A stretch of DNA of 64,000 nucleotides from an uncultured Acidobacteriota bacterium (GCA_963832365.1 CAWHUL010000030.1:85222-149221); one strand, 5' to 3'. Shown: positions 27,180 through 37,205, numbered from the stretch's first letter. Notes: generated by a model not told the origin, from the letters alone. Program-made: numbers and translations.

Positions 27180-27339
27180 CTCGAGCGGGACACTAGTTCA
27201 GAGAAGCGGGTCAGCCAGTTTCTGAATTTGCAAAAAGCATAACTTTAATAGTAGGCTTCTACAAATTTGTAGGGGTTGCAAAGCTCGGTAGCCTTGCGAT
27301 GCAAATCACAAACACTAAACAATGAGGAGAGTACGTAAG

Positions 27340-27645
27340 ATGAAAAAGGTGCTGTTCTCAATTTTGGCTTTGGCGGTGGTCGTACCGTCTGCCGCCTTCG
27401 GGGCCGACTTGGCCGCCGATGCCACCTATAAGGCCAAATGCGCCGTGTGCCATGGCGCTAATGCTGAAGGAAAAGCTGCAATGAAAGTCGCGCCTCTCAA
27501 GGCTGCGGCTGGCAAGAGCAGCGCGGAGCTGACGTCAACCATCGAGAATGGGACGACTACGACTCCGAAAATGCCAGGGTTCAAGGGTAAGTTGACTGAT
27601 GCCGAGGTCAAGACACTGGTAACGGAAATTAAGGCTCTGAAATAG
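27340..27645 (+). CDS. small class I c-type cytochrome
   Basis: Start at ATG 27340, preceded by GGAGA. Signal peptide, CAVCH, and a distal Met in PKMPGF. Confidence 0.8.
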   Translation: MKKVLFSILALAVVVPSAAFGADLAADATYKAKCAVCHGANAEGKAAMKVAPLKAAAGKSSAELTSTIENGTTTTPKMPGFKGKLTDAEVKTLVTEIKALK

Positions 27646-27720
27646 AGAGCGAGAAGATTCGGGGCGGCCGTGCTGAGATGACAAACGACAGCCCTCAATC
27701 TTCGTACCCCCACGTTAAGA

Positions 27721-27797
27721 GTTACCCCACGCTAGCGAAAGACGGGCGAACGTGGGGCACCTTCACGCCTCGCTGCAAATGGGGCACCCGCCCTACG
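27721..27797. repeat. extragenic palindromic repeats (two units)
   Basis: GTTACCCCACGCTAGCGAAAGACGGGCGAACGTGGGGCACC followed by ...CAAATGGGGCACCCGCC. Confidence 0.7.
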
Positions 27798-27801
27798 CCG
27801 A

Positions 27802-28752
27802 TTATGATGGACTAAAAACCCTGAGCAGCTCAAAGTAGCGGCGCGCGCAGTGTACGTCCCGGCTGATCTGGTCGCGCAGGGCATCCACCGAAGGAAATTT
27901 GATTTCATCCCGAAGGCGCTTGAGAAACGTGAGTTCGACGTTGGTCTCGACGGTCAGCTCGATCGGATGGAAATTCAAAATGTGAGTTTCTATGGCGAAT
28001 GAATCGACGCCGAAGGTCGGACGGTTTCCGATGTTGGTCACGGCGTTGAAGCATTCGCCGGAGAGCGCGATTTGCGTGATGTAAACCCCGTGCTTGGGAA
28101 CCAGTTCATCGTAGCGACTCAGATTGACCGTCGGCACCGTATATTTGTGCCCGTAACCGCGTCCGCGGCCGGGGTTGGAGTAGATGCGGAACGGGCGATC
28201 CAGCAGATGCCGCGCAGGCCCAAGGTTGCCGGCCGCAATCAGGTCCCGCACCTGGGTGGAGGACGCAAGATAGCTCCGCCATTGCAGCGCATCATAGGCA
28301 TGCACCGTGAAGCCGAGACGCGTGCCGTATTCGCGCAACCGGTCAAGGTCGCCTTCGGCGCGGTGTCCGAAGCGGAAGTTGAATCCCTCGTGGACCTCCA
28401 CGGCGTGCAGCGCGGTGGAGATAATCTGCTCGGCGAACTCGAACGGAGGCATCGTCGAAAGGTCGCGCGTGAACGGCAGAATCACCACCGCATCGAGGCC
28501 GGTTTCCTCCAGAAGCCGCAATTTGTAAGGCATGGGGGTAATCAGCGGAGGCGCTTCGCGGGGACGAAGGATGCGGATCGGATGAGGATCGAAGGTGAGC
28601 ACCACCGAGCGGGCCTGTAGCTGCTTCGCCCGCTCGACCATTTGCTTCAGGATCTGCCGATGACCCAGGTGAAGCCCGTCATAGTTGCCGACCGTGAGCA
28701 CGGTCCGCCCAAAATCGCGGGGAATCTGATCGAGTTTGCGAAAGATCTTCAT
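27802..28752 (-). CDS. ribF: bifunctional riboflavin kinase / FMN adenylyltransferase
   Basis: 316 aa. N-terminal GNYDGLHLGHRQIL nucleotidyltransferase motif and a C-terminal riboflavin kinase domain. Confidence 0.9.
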   Translation of the reverse strand: MKIFRKLDQIPRDFGRTVLTVGNYDGLHLGHRQILKQMVERAKQLQARSVVLTFDPHPIRILRPREAPPLITPMPYKLRLLEETGLDAVVILPFTRDLSTMPPFEFAEQIISTALHAVEVHEGFNFRFGHRAEGDLDRLREYGTRLGFTVHAYDALQWRSYLASSTQVRDLIAAGNLGPARHLLDRPFRIYSNPGRGRGYGHKYTVPTVNLSRYDELVPKHGVYITQIALSGECFNAVTNIGNRPTFGVDSFAIETHILNFHPIELTVETNVELTFLKRLRDEIKFPSVDALRDQISRDVHCARRYFELLRVFSPS

Positions 28753-28789
28753 GCGATCGTAATTTCAGCTTTCTCAGCCTTGTGCGCCC

Positions 28790-29569
28790 TCACAGTTGAA
28801 ACTCCAGCCGCAGTCCGTCATAGGAGAGCCGCACGTTGGACGGAAGCTGCTCATTGGTTTCCTGGTGAGCGAGATCGTGCGCAATGTGCGTAAAAAAAGC
28901 GCTCTGTGGCCGCAGCCGCTCCACCAGGCTGAGCGACTGCGCAACCGAGGAGTGAGTGGGATGCGGCTTGTGGCGCAGGGCGTCGAGAAAAAGAATTTCG
29001 AGCCCGCCCAGCAGGGGAAACGAGCTTTCGGGAACTTCGCTGAAGTCGGTCAGGTAGGCGGCTGAACCGAAGCGATATCCGAAGATCGGAGTCTCGCCGT
29101 GAATCACCGTTACCGGACAAAACACCGCGTCGAAGATCTGCACCGGGCCGGTGAACTCGTGCAACTCGACTTGCGCCAGTCCGCCGAACTTATAGTCCTG
29201 GTCGAAGACGTATCGGAAGACTGAGCGCAGCACGCGCGCGGTGTCCGGGCTGGCGTAAAGCGGAACCTTGAGACCGCCGGTGATTCGTGGAAACGTCAGC
29301 GGTCGAAGGTCGTCCAGCCCGAGAATGTGATCTGCGTGTCCGTGGGTGTAGAGCACGGCATCGACGCGGTCTATCTTCTCGCGCAGGGCCTGTTGCCGGA
29401 AGTCAGGCGTAGTGTCGATCACTACCCGGTGGCCGCTCCACTCCACCATGACCGAGGGCCGCGTGCGGTGGTCATGGGGGTCGGTCGAGTGGCAGACATC
29501 GCAGGGACACCCGATGGTCGGCACGCCCATTGAGGTGCCACTTCCGAGGACTGTCAACACAGCCTGCAT
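28790..29569 (-). CDS. MBL-fold metallo-hydrolase (PhnP-like)
   Basis: 259 aa with the YTHGHADH motif and an N-terminal Cys cluster CPCDVCH. Confidence 0.8.
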   Translation of the reverse strand: MQAVLTVLGSGTSMGVPTIGCPCDVCHSTDPHDHRTRPSVMVEWSGHRVVIDTTPDFRQQALREKIDRVDAVLYTHGHADHILGLDDLRPLTFPRITGGLKVPLYASPDTARVLRSVFRYVFDQDYKFGGLAQVELHEFTGPVQIFDAVFCPVTVIHGETPIFGYRFGSAAYLTDFSEVPESSFPLLGGLEILFLDALRHKPHPTHSSVAQSLSLVERLRPQSAFFTHIAHDLAHQETNEQLPSNVRLSYDGLRLEFQL

Positions 29570-30180
29570 TATCGAAGTCTCGGGCCTGGATCGGGTGGCG
29601 CTCCGCCCGCCGGCGGTCGCGACAACGCGTTGGTCACCTCAATGTACGCCATGCGAACCTCATACAAGCAGTTGCTCAGCATGTGATCTTCCTGCTGCGT
29701 GAGATTGCCTCGCGTCTTTTCCGCGATGAGCGACAGCGTATCGATGGTCTGTCGCGCGCCGATCAGGTCGGCTGCCGGCTGCCCGCCCGGTTCGTGAACC
29801 AGGCCTAGCTGCATCAGCGCCGTCATGTAGAGCGAAGCGAGAAACTTCTCGAACGTTATCTCGAAGTCGGAGGCCTTGTGGCCCTGGCCCTGCGAATCGA
29901 GTTCGCGCTGAAGGTGCGAGTCGAACTGGCGCGTCGATTTCTGATATTGATCCGCCTGCTGCTTGCGCTCCTGCGCGCTCGGCGGAGGTGGTTGGGGCGG
30001 CTCCGGCTGCGCGGCGGCGGCAACTGGAGGCGGCGGCGCCGGTTGAGCGGTCGGCCGTGGCTCAGGCTGCGTCTCTTCGTTGTTGGTTTCAGGCGTGCTG
30101 GTTTGAGGCAGAGGCTCACCCTCAACGGTGAACTTGCGCCTATCGGTAACGGTGAATTCAGGCTCTTTTTCTTTTGGCAT
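29569..30180 (-). CDS. DUF1844-like protein
   Basis: 203 aa. N-terminal FTVTDRRKFT, a Pro/Gln-rich linker, and a C-terminal LYMTALMQLGL segment typical of this family. Confidence 0.55.
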   Translation of the reverse strand: MPKEKEPEFTVTDRRKFTVEGEPLPQTSTPETNNEETQPEPRPTAQPAPPPPVAAAAQPEPPQPPPPSAQERKQQADQYQKSTRQFDSHLQRELDSQGQGHKASDFEITFEKFLASLYMTALMQLGLVHEPGGQPAADLIGARQTIDTLSLIAEKTRGNLTQQEDHMLSNCLYEVRMAYIEVTNALSRPPAGGAPPDPGPRLR

Positions 30181-30186
30181 ATCGAA

Positions 30187-31272
30187 TCAAATTGAAAACG
30201 GCAGGGATTCCACCCTTGCCATGTCCGGGCCGATTTTAACTTCGGTTCCCGGCGTCGCAGCCTCACGACGAATATATCCGAGGGCGAGTGTGACGTCGGA
30301 ATCTTTCGATGCGAGCGCCGGAATGGACGCAGCCGACGTAATCTCGCCCACTTCCTTGTCGCTCCAGTGTATCTTCGCGCCCGGCTGGGGCGCTGCTCCT
30401 TGCACCCGGAAGCCGGCCAACACCCTATGAACATTGCCGCGGGACCGTATGCGCTCCACGATCTCCTGACCGACATAGCAGCCTTTGGTAAAGTGCAGCG
30501 CGTGCTGCTGGCCGGTTTCCTGCGGCAGGTCGCGATCTCGGATGTCGATCCGGAAGCGTGGTATGCCGAGCGAAATCAGCAGCCACTCCCATGCTTGCGT
30601 GCCGGCCGGTACAGCGCCGGCCGCGACCAACCCGTCCCATAGGCGTGCGGCGTTGTCGGGATGCGTCCAAAACTCAAAGCCGGCCAGCAGCGCCGGGCCG
30701 CGCGCGGCGGTCAGTCCAATGCCGTTCCAGACGAAATCATGCACCTCGTAAGGCTGCAACTCGGGAAGCGTAATCCCCGCGCGGGTAAGAACCTGGCGCG
30801 AGTCGGGACCGGCGAGGGCGATCGAAACGAGTTTCTCGCTGATATCGGTGACTTCGACGTCATCCATGATGATATGGCGGTCGAAGAATTCGCATATCCC
30901 TTCCACTTGATCGCGGTCGGTCGAAACCAGAAAATAATCGCCCCGGTTGTACGTCACCAGATCGCCCTGAATGCGTCCTTGGGCGTTTAGAACGAAGCTG
31001 TAATTCCCTTGGTTCAGCGGCAGATCCCGGGTATTGTTGGTAACCATCCCATTCAGCCAGCGCGTGCGGTCCTCGCCGGTTAGAACCAGTTTGGCGCGCC
31101 AACTCAGGTCCAGTGCCGCGCAACCGCCGCGCAACGCCCGGAATTCGTCTTGCGGGTTGGCAAAGGCCACGGGAGCTTCCGCGCCCGCGTAAACCGCGAA
31201 TCGCGCTCCCGAACCAGCCGATTTGCCGCTGAATGAGGTAGATGACATAGCCGAACCATCGATTATAACCAA
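30187..31272 (-). CDS. folate-binding YgfZ/GcvT-like protein
   Basis: 361 aa with an aminomethyltransferase-like fold pattern and the FTKGCYVGQE signature. Confidence 0.75.
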   Translation of the reverse strand: MVIIDGSAMSSTSFSGKSAGSGARFAVYAGAEAPVAFANPQDEFRALRGGCAALDLSWRAKLVLTGEDRTRWLNGMVTNNTRDLPLNQGNYSFVLNAQGRIQGDLVTYNRGDYFLVSTDRDQVEGICEFFDRHIIMDDVEVTDISEKLVSIALAGPDSRQVLTRAGITLPELQPYEVHDFVWNGIGLTAARGPALLAGFEFWTHPDNAARLWDGLVAAGAVPAGTQAWEWLLISLGIPRFRIDIRDRDLPQETGQQHALHFTKGCYVGQEIVERIRSRGNVHRVLAGFRVQGAAPQPGAKIHWSDKEVGEITSAASIPALASKDSDVTLALGYIRREAATPGTEVKIGPDMARVESLPFSI

Positions 31273-31377
31273 GCGCCGTGTTCTTTTCTGTTATCTTCTC
31301 CTGCAACGGATGAACATGAGCTGGAAGAGCGCCATTTGGTAGCGGGTCATTTGGAATATTTTGCAAGAACGGGTGCC

Positions 31378-31419
31378 GGGTGCCCCACGTCCCGCCCCGA
31401 TGTTGGGCTGACTTGGGCC
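31378..31419. repeat. extragenic palindromic repeat (reverse orientation copy)
   Basis: GGGTGCCCCACGTCCCGCCCCGATGTTGGGCTGACTTGGGCC is the reverse complement of the 16577 family unit. Confidence 0.75.
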
Positions 31420-31525
31420 ATCAAAATTGACCCACTACTGTCGTTTCGAGAGAAGGCCCGATGCCGCCGGGCGATACGGGTACAATGGATTCACGTTGTT
31501 GGCGGGAAGGCGGGTACGCACTTCG

Positions 31526-33049
31526 ATGACGCGCGCGGGCGATAGGCCGACAAAGCCGTTCTGGTTACTCGTCGTGTTGCTGTTCAGCGGGCTGCTCGCT
31601 TCCGCGCAGATTGCTGCCGCTCTGCCGCAGGCCCAGCAGTCCTCCCAAGGCCGGCAAGCCGAATCCACAAAGCCGCCGGAAACCGCTACCCCCGAAAGCA
31701 AAATTACCCCAAAGCAGGCCGAGGAATTGTTCCGCTCGGTCGATGAAATCCTGGCATTCGTAAGCAAGGACACGGGGTTGCCGATCAAGGAGAAGGTAAA
31801 GCGCAAACTCGCCAATCGCGATGAAGTGGAGCAGTACATCGTGCAGCACATGCAGGAGGACAAAGACACCCAGCGCCTTGAACGCTCCGCCGCGTCGCTG
31901 AAAAAGCTGGGATTGCTGCCGCGCGATTTCGAGTTGCGGCCTTTTCTGCTCAGTCTGCTCAAGGAGCAGGTTGCCGGTTTCTACGATGCCAAGACCAAGA
32001 CCGTTTTCCTGCTCGATTGGGTGGATGCCGACGCGCAAAGACCTGTGCTGGCCCACGAACTGACGCACGCTTTACAGGACCAGAGCTACAACCTCAACCA
32101 GTGGACGGAAGAGTCCAGGCACTCCAAGACTGATCAGGAGGAGATGGCTCTGGAAGAGGCGCAGTCGGCGCGCGAAGCGGTCATCGAGGGTCAGGCGATG
32201 CTTGTGCTGCTCGACTATATGCTGGCCCCAGCCGGGCGGAGCGTGGCCGATTCTCCGGCTGTCGTCGACGCCATGAAAGGCGCAATGCTCGAGGGCGGCC
32301 AGACGCCGATGTTTGGCAAGGCTCCGCTGTTTCTGCGCGAGGCTCTGACCTTTCCTTACACCTTCGGCTTGGACTTCGAGCGGCAGGTGCTGGCGAAAAA
32401 GGGACGCGACGCTGCTTACAAGGGTGTCTTTGAAAAGCCGCCGCGAGATACGCGCCAGGTGATGGAACCGGAAACTTACCTCATGGGCGAGCACATTCCC
32501 GAACTCACGGTTCCCAAACTTGACGCGGTTCTAAAGGGCGAGTACAAGCGCTACGACTTCGGAGGTCTAGGCCAGTTTGATGTGACCATGTTGCTGTGGC
32601 AGTGGTACGGCAAGCAGACCGGCGCCCAGCTTCCGCAGGCATGGCGCGGCGGTTATTACTTCACCTACGAGAAAGCCGGCCAGCCGGGCGCTCCTTACGT
32701 GCTGGTTTCACTGACGCGCTGGGCTACGGAGGCCGCCGCCAAAGAGTTTGCCAGCCTCTACGCCGGTTCGCTCGTCAGACGCTACCGCAGTGTCACCGAA
32801 GTCAAACCCTCTCAGGACGGCTCCGGCGAGTGGAAGACCGAAGAAGGCCCGGTTGAAATTTCGGCCTCGGGTCCGTTTGTGATCGCCATCGAAGGGCTCA
32901 CGGGCGATGAGCGTACCCAGGTGCGACAGACAATAGAGCGCACCTTTATCGCGGAACCCCATCCGGCTCGGACTGCATCGTGGCCCGCGATGCCGTTCCC
33001 GTTGGAGCCCGTCATCACCTCCCGCGAGACATTTCAGGCAGGGCGTTAA
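31526..33049 (+). CDS. secreted HExxH-motif protein (putative zinc metalloprotease), family unknown
   Basis: Start at the internal ATG 31526, giving a signal-like FWLLVVLLFSGLLASAQ. LAHELTHALQD contains HExxH. Confidence 0.5.
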   Translation: MTRAGDRPTKPFWLLVVLLFSGLLASAQIAAALPQAQQSSQGRQAESTKPPETATPESKITPKQAEELFRSVDEILAFVSKDTGLPIKEKVKRKLANRDEVEQYIVQHMQEDKDTQRLERSAASLKKLGLLPRDFELRPFLLSLLKEQVAGFYDAKTKTVFLLDWVDADAQRPVLAHELTHALQDQSYNLNQWTEESRHSKTDQEEMALEEAQSAREAVIEGQAMLVLLDYMLAPAGRSVADSPAVVDAMKGAMLEGGQTPMFGKAPLFLREALTFPYTFGLDFERQVLAKKGRDAAYKGVFEKPPRDTRQVMEPETYLMGEHIPELTVPKLDAVLKGEYKRYDFGGLGQFDVTMLLWQWYGKQTGAQLPQAWRGGYYFTYEKAGQPGAPYVLVSLTRWATEAAAKEFASLYAGSLVRRYRSVTEVKPSQDGSGEWKTEEGPVEISASGPFVIAIEGLTGDERTQVRQTIERTFIAEPHPARTASWPAMPFPLEPVITSRETFQAGR

Positions 33050-33056
33050 ACCGGAA

Positions 33057-33310
33057 GTTTCAAGTTTCGAGTTTCAAGTTTCGAGTTAACGCGGGTGCCC
33101 CATTCAAGCGAAGCTTGGGTGGGGGCTTTCGTTCAATACGAGCTCAGGTGGCCCACATCTGCGCCTGCTGTCGGGCGCAAATGTGGGGCCTGAGGTTCAT
33201 GCGGCCGCCCGACACTCTTGTATAATCGCGAATTCATAGCAAATCGTTCACGGTAAATCCAGGCACCCGCGCTAACTCGAAACGTGAAACTTGAAACTCG
33301 AAACTTGAAA
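33057..33310. repeat. composite repeat: about 29-bp inverted arms of GTTTCAAGTTTCGAG units enclosing palindromic repeat units
   Basis: Left arm 33057-33085 is GTTTCAAGTTTCGAGTTTCAAGTTTCGAG. Right arm 33276-33310 is CTCGAAACGTGAAACTTGAAACTCGAAACTTGAAA. The interior holds GGGTGCCCCATTCAAGCGAAGCTTGGGTGGGG and GGCCCACATCTGCG...CGCAAATGTGGGGCC hairpins. Confidence 0.8.
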
Positions 33311-33330
33311 TTCCAGCAGGAGAGCTAAGT

Positions 33331-34236
33331 TTGGCACAGGCAGAGATCGGCATCATTGGCGGCAGTGGTCTGTATTCCATGAAAGGCCTGACGGAAACGC
33401 GCGAGGTTGCGCTTGACACTCCGTTCGGCAAACCTTCGGACGCTTATGTTTTAGGAACGCTGGCGGGACGCAAAGTCGCATTTCTGGCGCGCCATGGCCG
33501 GGGACATCGCTTGCTGCCGACGGAGTTGAATTTCCGCGCCAACATTCATGGCATGAAGCAGCTTGGCGTCGAGCGCATCCTCTCGATGTCCGCTGTCGGC
33601 TCGCTCAAGCAGGAGCACAAGCCCACCGAGTTCCTCATTCCCGACCAGTTTCTCGACCGCACCAGGCAGCGCATTTCGACCTTCTTCGGCGATGGCATTG
33701 TGGCGCACATTGCGTTTGGCGATCCGGTCTGCATGGACGTCGCCAGGGTCGTGGCGCAGGGCTGCAAGCAGGCGGGCGTCAGCGGCAAGCTCGGCGGAAC
33801 CTACGTCTGCATGGAGGGGCCGCAGTTCTCCACCAAGGCCGAAAGCAATCTTTACCGCAGTTGGGGCATGGACGTGATCGGCATGACGAACCTGCAGGAG
33901 GCCAAGCTGGCGCGCGAAGCCGAGATCTGCTACGCGACCGTCGCCATGGTGACCGACTACGATTGCTGGCATCCCGAGCACGATGCGGTCACCGTCGATC
34001 AGATTATTGCCGTCCTTAACCAGAACGCCGAGAACGCCTGCAACGTGGTGCGTGAAGCCGTGGCGGCGATGCCGCGCGAACGCAGTTGCAAGTGCGGTTC
34101 GGCGCTGGCAATGGCCATCCTCACGGCGCGCGAGGCAATCCCGGCGCAAACCCGCGAGCGCTTGAAGCTGATTATCGGCAAGTATGTCGGCGACACGGAC
34201 CCTGTGGTTGATTACGGCAAGAAAGTGGGCGCATAG
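33331..34236 (+). CDS. mtnP: S-methyl-5-prime-thioadenosine phosphorylase
   Basis: 301 aa with a TTG start. [11 protein letters not shown]-terminus and PNP/MTAP family text throughout. Confidence 0.85.
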   Translation: MAQAEIGIIGGSGLYSMKGLTETREVALDTPFGKPSDAYVLGTLAGRKVAFLARHGRGHRLLPTELNFRANIHGMKQLGVERILSMSAVGSLKQEHKPTEFLIPDQFLDRTRQRISTFFGDGIVAHIAFGDPVCMDVARVVAQGCKQAGVSGKLGGTYVCMEGPQFSTKAESNLYRSWGMDVIGMTNLQEAKLAREAEICYATVAMVTDYDCWHPEHDAVTVDQIIAVLNQNAENACNVVREAVAAMPRERSCKCGSALAMAILTAREAIPAQTRERLKLIIGKYVGDTDPVVDYGKKVGA

Positions 34237-34238
34237 CC

Positions 34239-35150
34239 ATGTCGATTCTGGTGGTGGGTTCGGTAGCTTTCGATTCGCTCAAGACCGCCTATGGTGAGCG
34301 CGAGAAGATTCTGGGCGGATCGGCGACTTACTTTTCGCTGGCGGCCAGCTATTTCACCGAGGTTCGCGTGGTCGCCGTCGTCGGCGAGGATTTCACGGGA
34401 GAGAACGAGAAGGTGATGAAAGCCCGCGCCATCGACACCACGGGCATCGAGCGCGCCAAGGGCAAGACGTTCCACTGGGGCGGCGAGTACGGCGAAAATC
34501 TCAACGAAGCCAAAACAAATTTCACCGACCTGAACGTCTTCCAGAACTTTCAGCCGCGCATTCCGGAGCAGTACGCCGACACATCGTTCCTGTTTCTGGC
34601 GAACATCGATCCGGCGTTGCAGTTAGAGGTGCGCCGCCAGATGCCGAAGGTCAAGATGGTCGGCGGCGACACCATGAATTTGTGGATCAACATCAGCCGT
34701 CCGCAGTTGACCGAGACGCTGAAGGAAGTCGACATCCTGCTCATTAACGACGGCGAAGCCAAACTGCTGGCCGGCGACAGCAGCCTGCCGAGAGCGGCGC
34801 GCAAGGTCTTGCAGATGGGGCCGCGAGCGCTGGTCATCAAGCACGGCGAGTACGGGGCAACCATCTTTTTCCGCGATGGCGCGCTGCACCCGTTTCGCGC
34901 CCCGGCCTTGCCGATTGATGAAGTACAGGACCCGACGGGTGCGGGCGACTCATTCGCCGGCGGCTTCATGGGCTACATCGCCTCGCAAGCGAAGCTGGAC
35001 CGTTCGGTGCTGACCAAGGCCATGTTTTACGGCGGCGTGATGGGATCGTTTGCGGTCGAGCGCTTCGGAACCGAGCGGCTGCAAAACCTGTCGACCGAGG
35101 AAATCGAGGAGCGCTTCGAGTTGTTCCGCAGCCTCACGCACCTGGAGTAG
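34239..35150 (+). CDS. PfkB-family sugar/nucleoside kinase
   Basis: 303 aa with the C-terminal signature DPTGAGDSFAGGF. Confidence 0.8.
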   Translation: MSILVVGSVAFDSLKTAYGEREKILGGSATYFSLAASYFTEVRVVAVVGEDFTGENEKVMKARAIDTTGIERAKGKTFHWGGEYGENLNEAKTNFTDLNVFQNFQPRIPEQYADTSFLFLANIDPALQLEVRRQMPKVKMVGGDTMNLWINISRPQLTETLKEVDILLINDGEAKLLAGDSSLPRAARKVLQMGPRALVIKHGEYGATIFFRDGALHPFRAPALPIDEVQDPTGAGDSFAGGFMGYIASQAKLDRSVLTKAMFYGGVMGSFAVERFGTERLQNLSTEEIEERFELFRSLTHLE

Positions 35151-35240
35151 GTGCGGAATCGGAGTTGGCGGGTGCCTTGGGTGAAGGTAAGTGGTGAGAA
35201 CGCCTGTTATCGACAGCGATAGCCAAGTATCATTTGCTGC

Positions 35241-35392
35241 TGTCATCCCGAGCGGAGCGAAGCGAAGTCGAGGGACCCCTATGGCCCGGTGCCTCACATT
35301 CGCCAGCTGTTGGCTAACGTGGGTAGTTTGGTTCTTGCATAGAATACTGCCCCACTCAAGCCAACGACGGGCTTGAATGGGCCACCCGCCCT
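35241..35392. repeat. cluster of extragenic repeat units
   Basis: TGTCATCCCGAGCGGAGCGAAGCGAAGTCGAGGGACC is a half unit of the GTCAT family, followed by CTGCCCCACTCAAGCC...GGCTTGAATGGGCCACCCGCC. Confidence 0.7.
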
Positions 35393-35395
35393 CAG

Positions 35396-37171
35396 ATGCG
35401 TGGCATGTCACAGACGAGCCTAGATACGCAGAAACTCACGACAGAATCGAGCGAACCGCATTGCCGAAGCCGCGACCTCGGACTCGTAACGGTGTGTGCG
35501 TGCGTGGCCGCGCTGGCGAGTTTCTTCTGGTTCTTCCGGTATGGTGAGCTGCTGCTTTTCGGCGATGCGGTGGCGCACATCAATATTGCGCGGCGAGTCT
35601 TCGATTCGAGCGCGCCCGGCGCCGTGCAACTCGGTACCGTGTGGCTTCCGTTGCCGCACCTGCTCAGCATTCCATTTCTCATCAACGACTGGATGTGGCG
35701 CAGCGGGGTCGGCGGTTCCATCGCCTCGATGATCGCCTATGTCTTCGCCGTTGTAGGAATCTTCCGGTTAGTCCGGGGCAGGGAATCGCGCTTTGCGGCC
35801 TGGCTGGCGGCTGCACTGCTCGGGCTGAATCCGAATCTCCTCTACATGCAGTCGACGGCTATGACGGAGTCGATTTTTCTGGCCGCCATGATCTGGGCAG
35901 TGGTTTATTTTGATGAATTTGTGCGCGGCTTTGCGGTGGCGGATTCAGAGGCCGGGAAACTACCCCACCCAAGCAAAGGAGGCTTGAGTGGGGCACCGTC
36001 GGAGTTTCCGTTTGGGATCGCTTCGGGTCTGCCCGCAGCCAAATCGCTCGAACGTTGCGGCATGGTGCTGGCCGCTGCCATACTGACGCGCTACGACGGT
36101 TGGGTGCTCGCCTTTGTCATCGGCTGTGCGGCGGTTGTGGTCGTCTGGCGCACAGGTACCTGTGGAGCGGTTCGCGGCGTGAGGCGTTCGCTGGCGGCCT
36201 CTATTCTGCTGTGCGCGCTCACCCCAGCGCTCTGGCTGGCGCACAACTACGCCATCAACTACAAGCCGCTGGATTGGTGGAATGGGCCGTATTCGGCACA
36301 AGCCATTGACCAGCGCAGCGAGCATGACTATCCCTATCCGGGCAAGCACAACCTCGCGCTTGCCGCAAAGCAGTTTCTGAAAGCTGCGCGGCTGAATTTT
36401 TCCAACGGCTTCGCCGAGCAACGGATACAGCCGTCTCTGGCCGAGATGTTGAGCGAGTGGCAAACATGGATGCTGGCTCTGGCCGCGCTGGGAACCCTGA
36501 TCGCAGTGCTATTGCGCGCGCGTCGCGCACCGGCTTGGCTGCTGCTGTGGTTGCCGCTGCCATTCTATACGTACGCGATCGCATATGGCAGCGTGCCGGT
36601 GTTTCTGCCCGTGTGGTGGCCTTTTTCCTACTACAACGTGCGCTACGGACTTGAGTTGCTGCCCGCGTTCGCCGTGTTTGCAGCGGTCGCCGTGGCTTTC
36701 ATCGCCGAGCGGGTTCCGTCCAGTTCCGGTCGGCGAGTGGCGGCGGGAGCCCTGGTTTTGCTGCTGGCGACGAACTACTTGAAAGTGGCGGAGGCGACTC
36801 CAATCTGCCTGCGCGAGGCGCGCACGAACTCCGTCAATCGCATGCGCCTGGAATCGCAACTGGCTTCGGTGCTCGCCGCGCTGCCGCCGCATTCGACGTT
36901 GCTGATGTACACCGGCGAGTACGTGGGCGCATTGCAATCCGCCGATGTGCATCTCAGCCGCGTGGTAACCGAAACCAGAAGAATGATCTGGGATGCGGGG
37001 TTGAGCTGTCCGGCACAGGTGGCGGACTACGTAATCGCGGTGGATGGCGATCCGGTTGCGCAGGCCGTGGCGCGCAATCCGCGCTGGCTGCAAAAAATCG
37101 CGGGGTTCAGTACGCCCGGCAAGCCGGATGCGGCCATCTATCGCAGCACGTTTCCAGGTCGGCAGCGTTAG
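35396..37171 (+). CDS. polytopic membrane protein, GT-C-like (ArnT/PMT_2-like) glycosyltransferase candidate
   Basis: 591 aa with more than 10 hydrophobic helices. The first loop, LLFGDAVAHINIARRVFDS, resembles GT-C enzymes. The family assignment is tentative. Confidence 0.45.
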   Translation: MRGMSQTSLDTQKLTTESSEPHCRSRDLGLVTVCACVAALASFFWFFRYGELLLFGDAVAHINIARRVFDSSAPGAVQLGTVWLPLPHLLSIPFLINDWMWRSGVGGSIASMIAYVFAVVGIFRLVRGRESRFAAWLAAALLGLNPNLLYMQSTAMTESIFLAAMIWAVVYFDEFVRGFAVADSEAGKLPHPSKGGLSGAPSEFPFGIASGLPAAKSLERCGMVLAAAILTRYDGWVLAFVIGCAAVVVVWRTGTCGAVRGVRRSLAASILLCALTPALWLAHNYAINYKPLDWWNGPYSAQAIDQRSEHDYPYPGKHNLALAAKQFLKAARLNFSNGFAEQRIQPSLAEMLSEWQTWMLALAALGTLIAVLLRARRAPAWLLLWLPLPFYTYAIAYGSVPVFLPVWWPFSYYNVRYGLELLPAFAVFAAVAVAFIAERVPSSSGRRVAAGALVLLLATNYLKVAEATPICLREARTNSVNRMRLESQLASVLAALPPHSTLLMYTGEYVGALQSADVHLSRVVTETRRMIWDAGLSCPAQVADYVIAVDGDPVAQAVARNPRWLQKIAGFSTPGKPDAAIYRSTFPGRQR

Positions 37172-37205
37172 GACGATCACTCTCGCCTGCGGTGAGCCGC
37201 CCAAC

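Noticed and set aside
33057-33310. GAAAC/GTTTC repeat blocks as a CRISPR array
   Set aside because: The units are 6-15 nt, directly adjacent with no spacers, and arranged as inverted arms. No cas genes are present.
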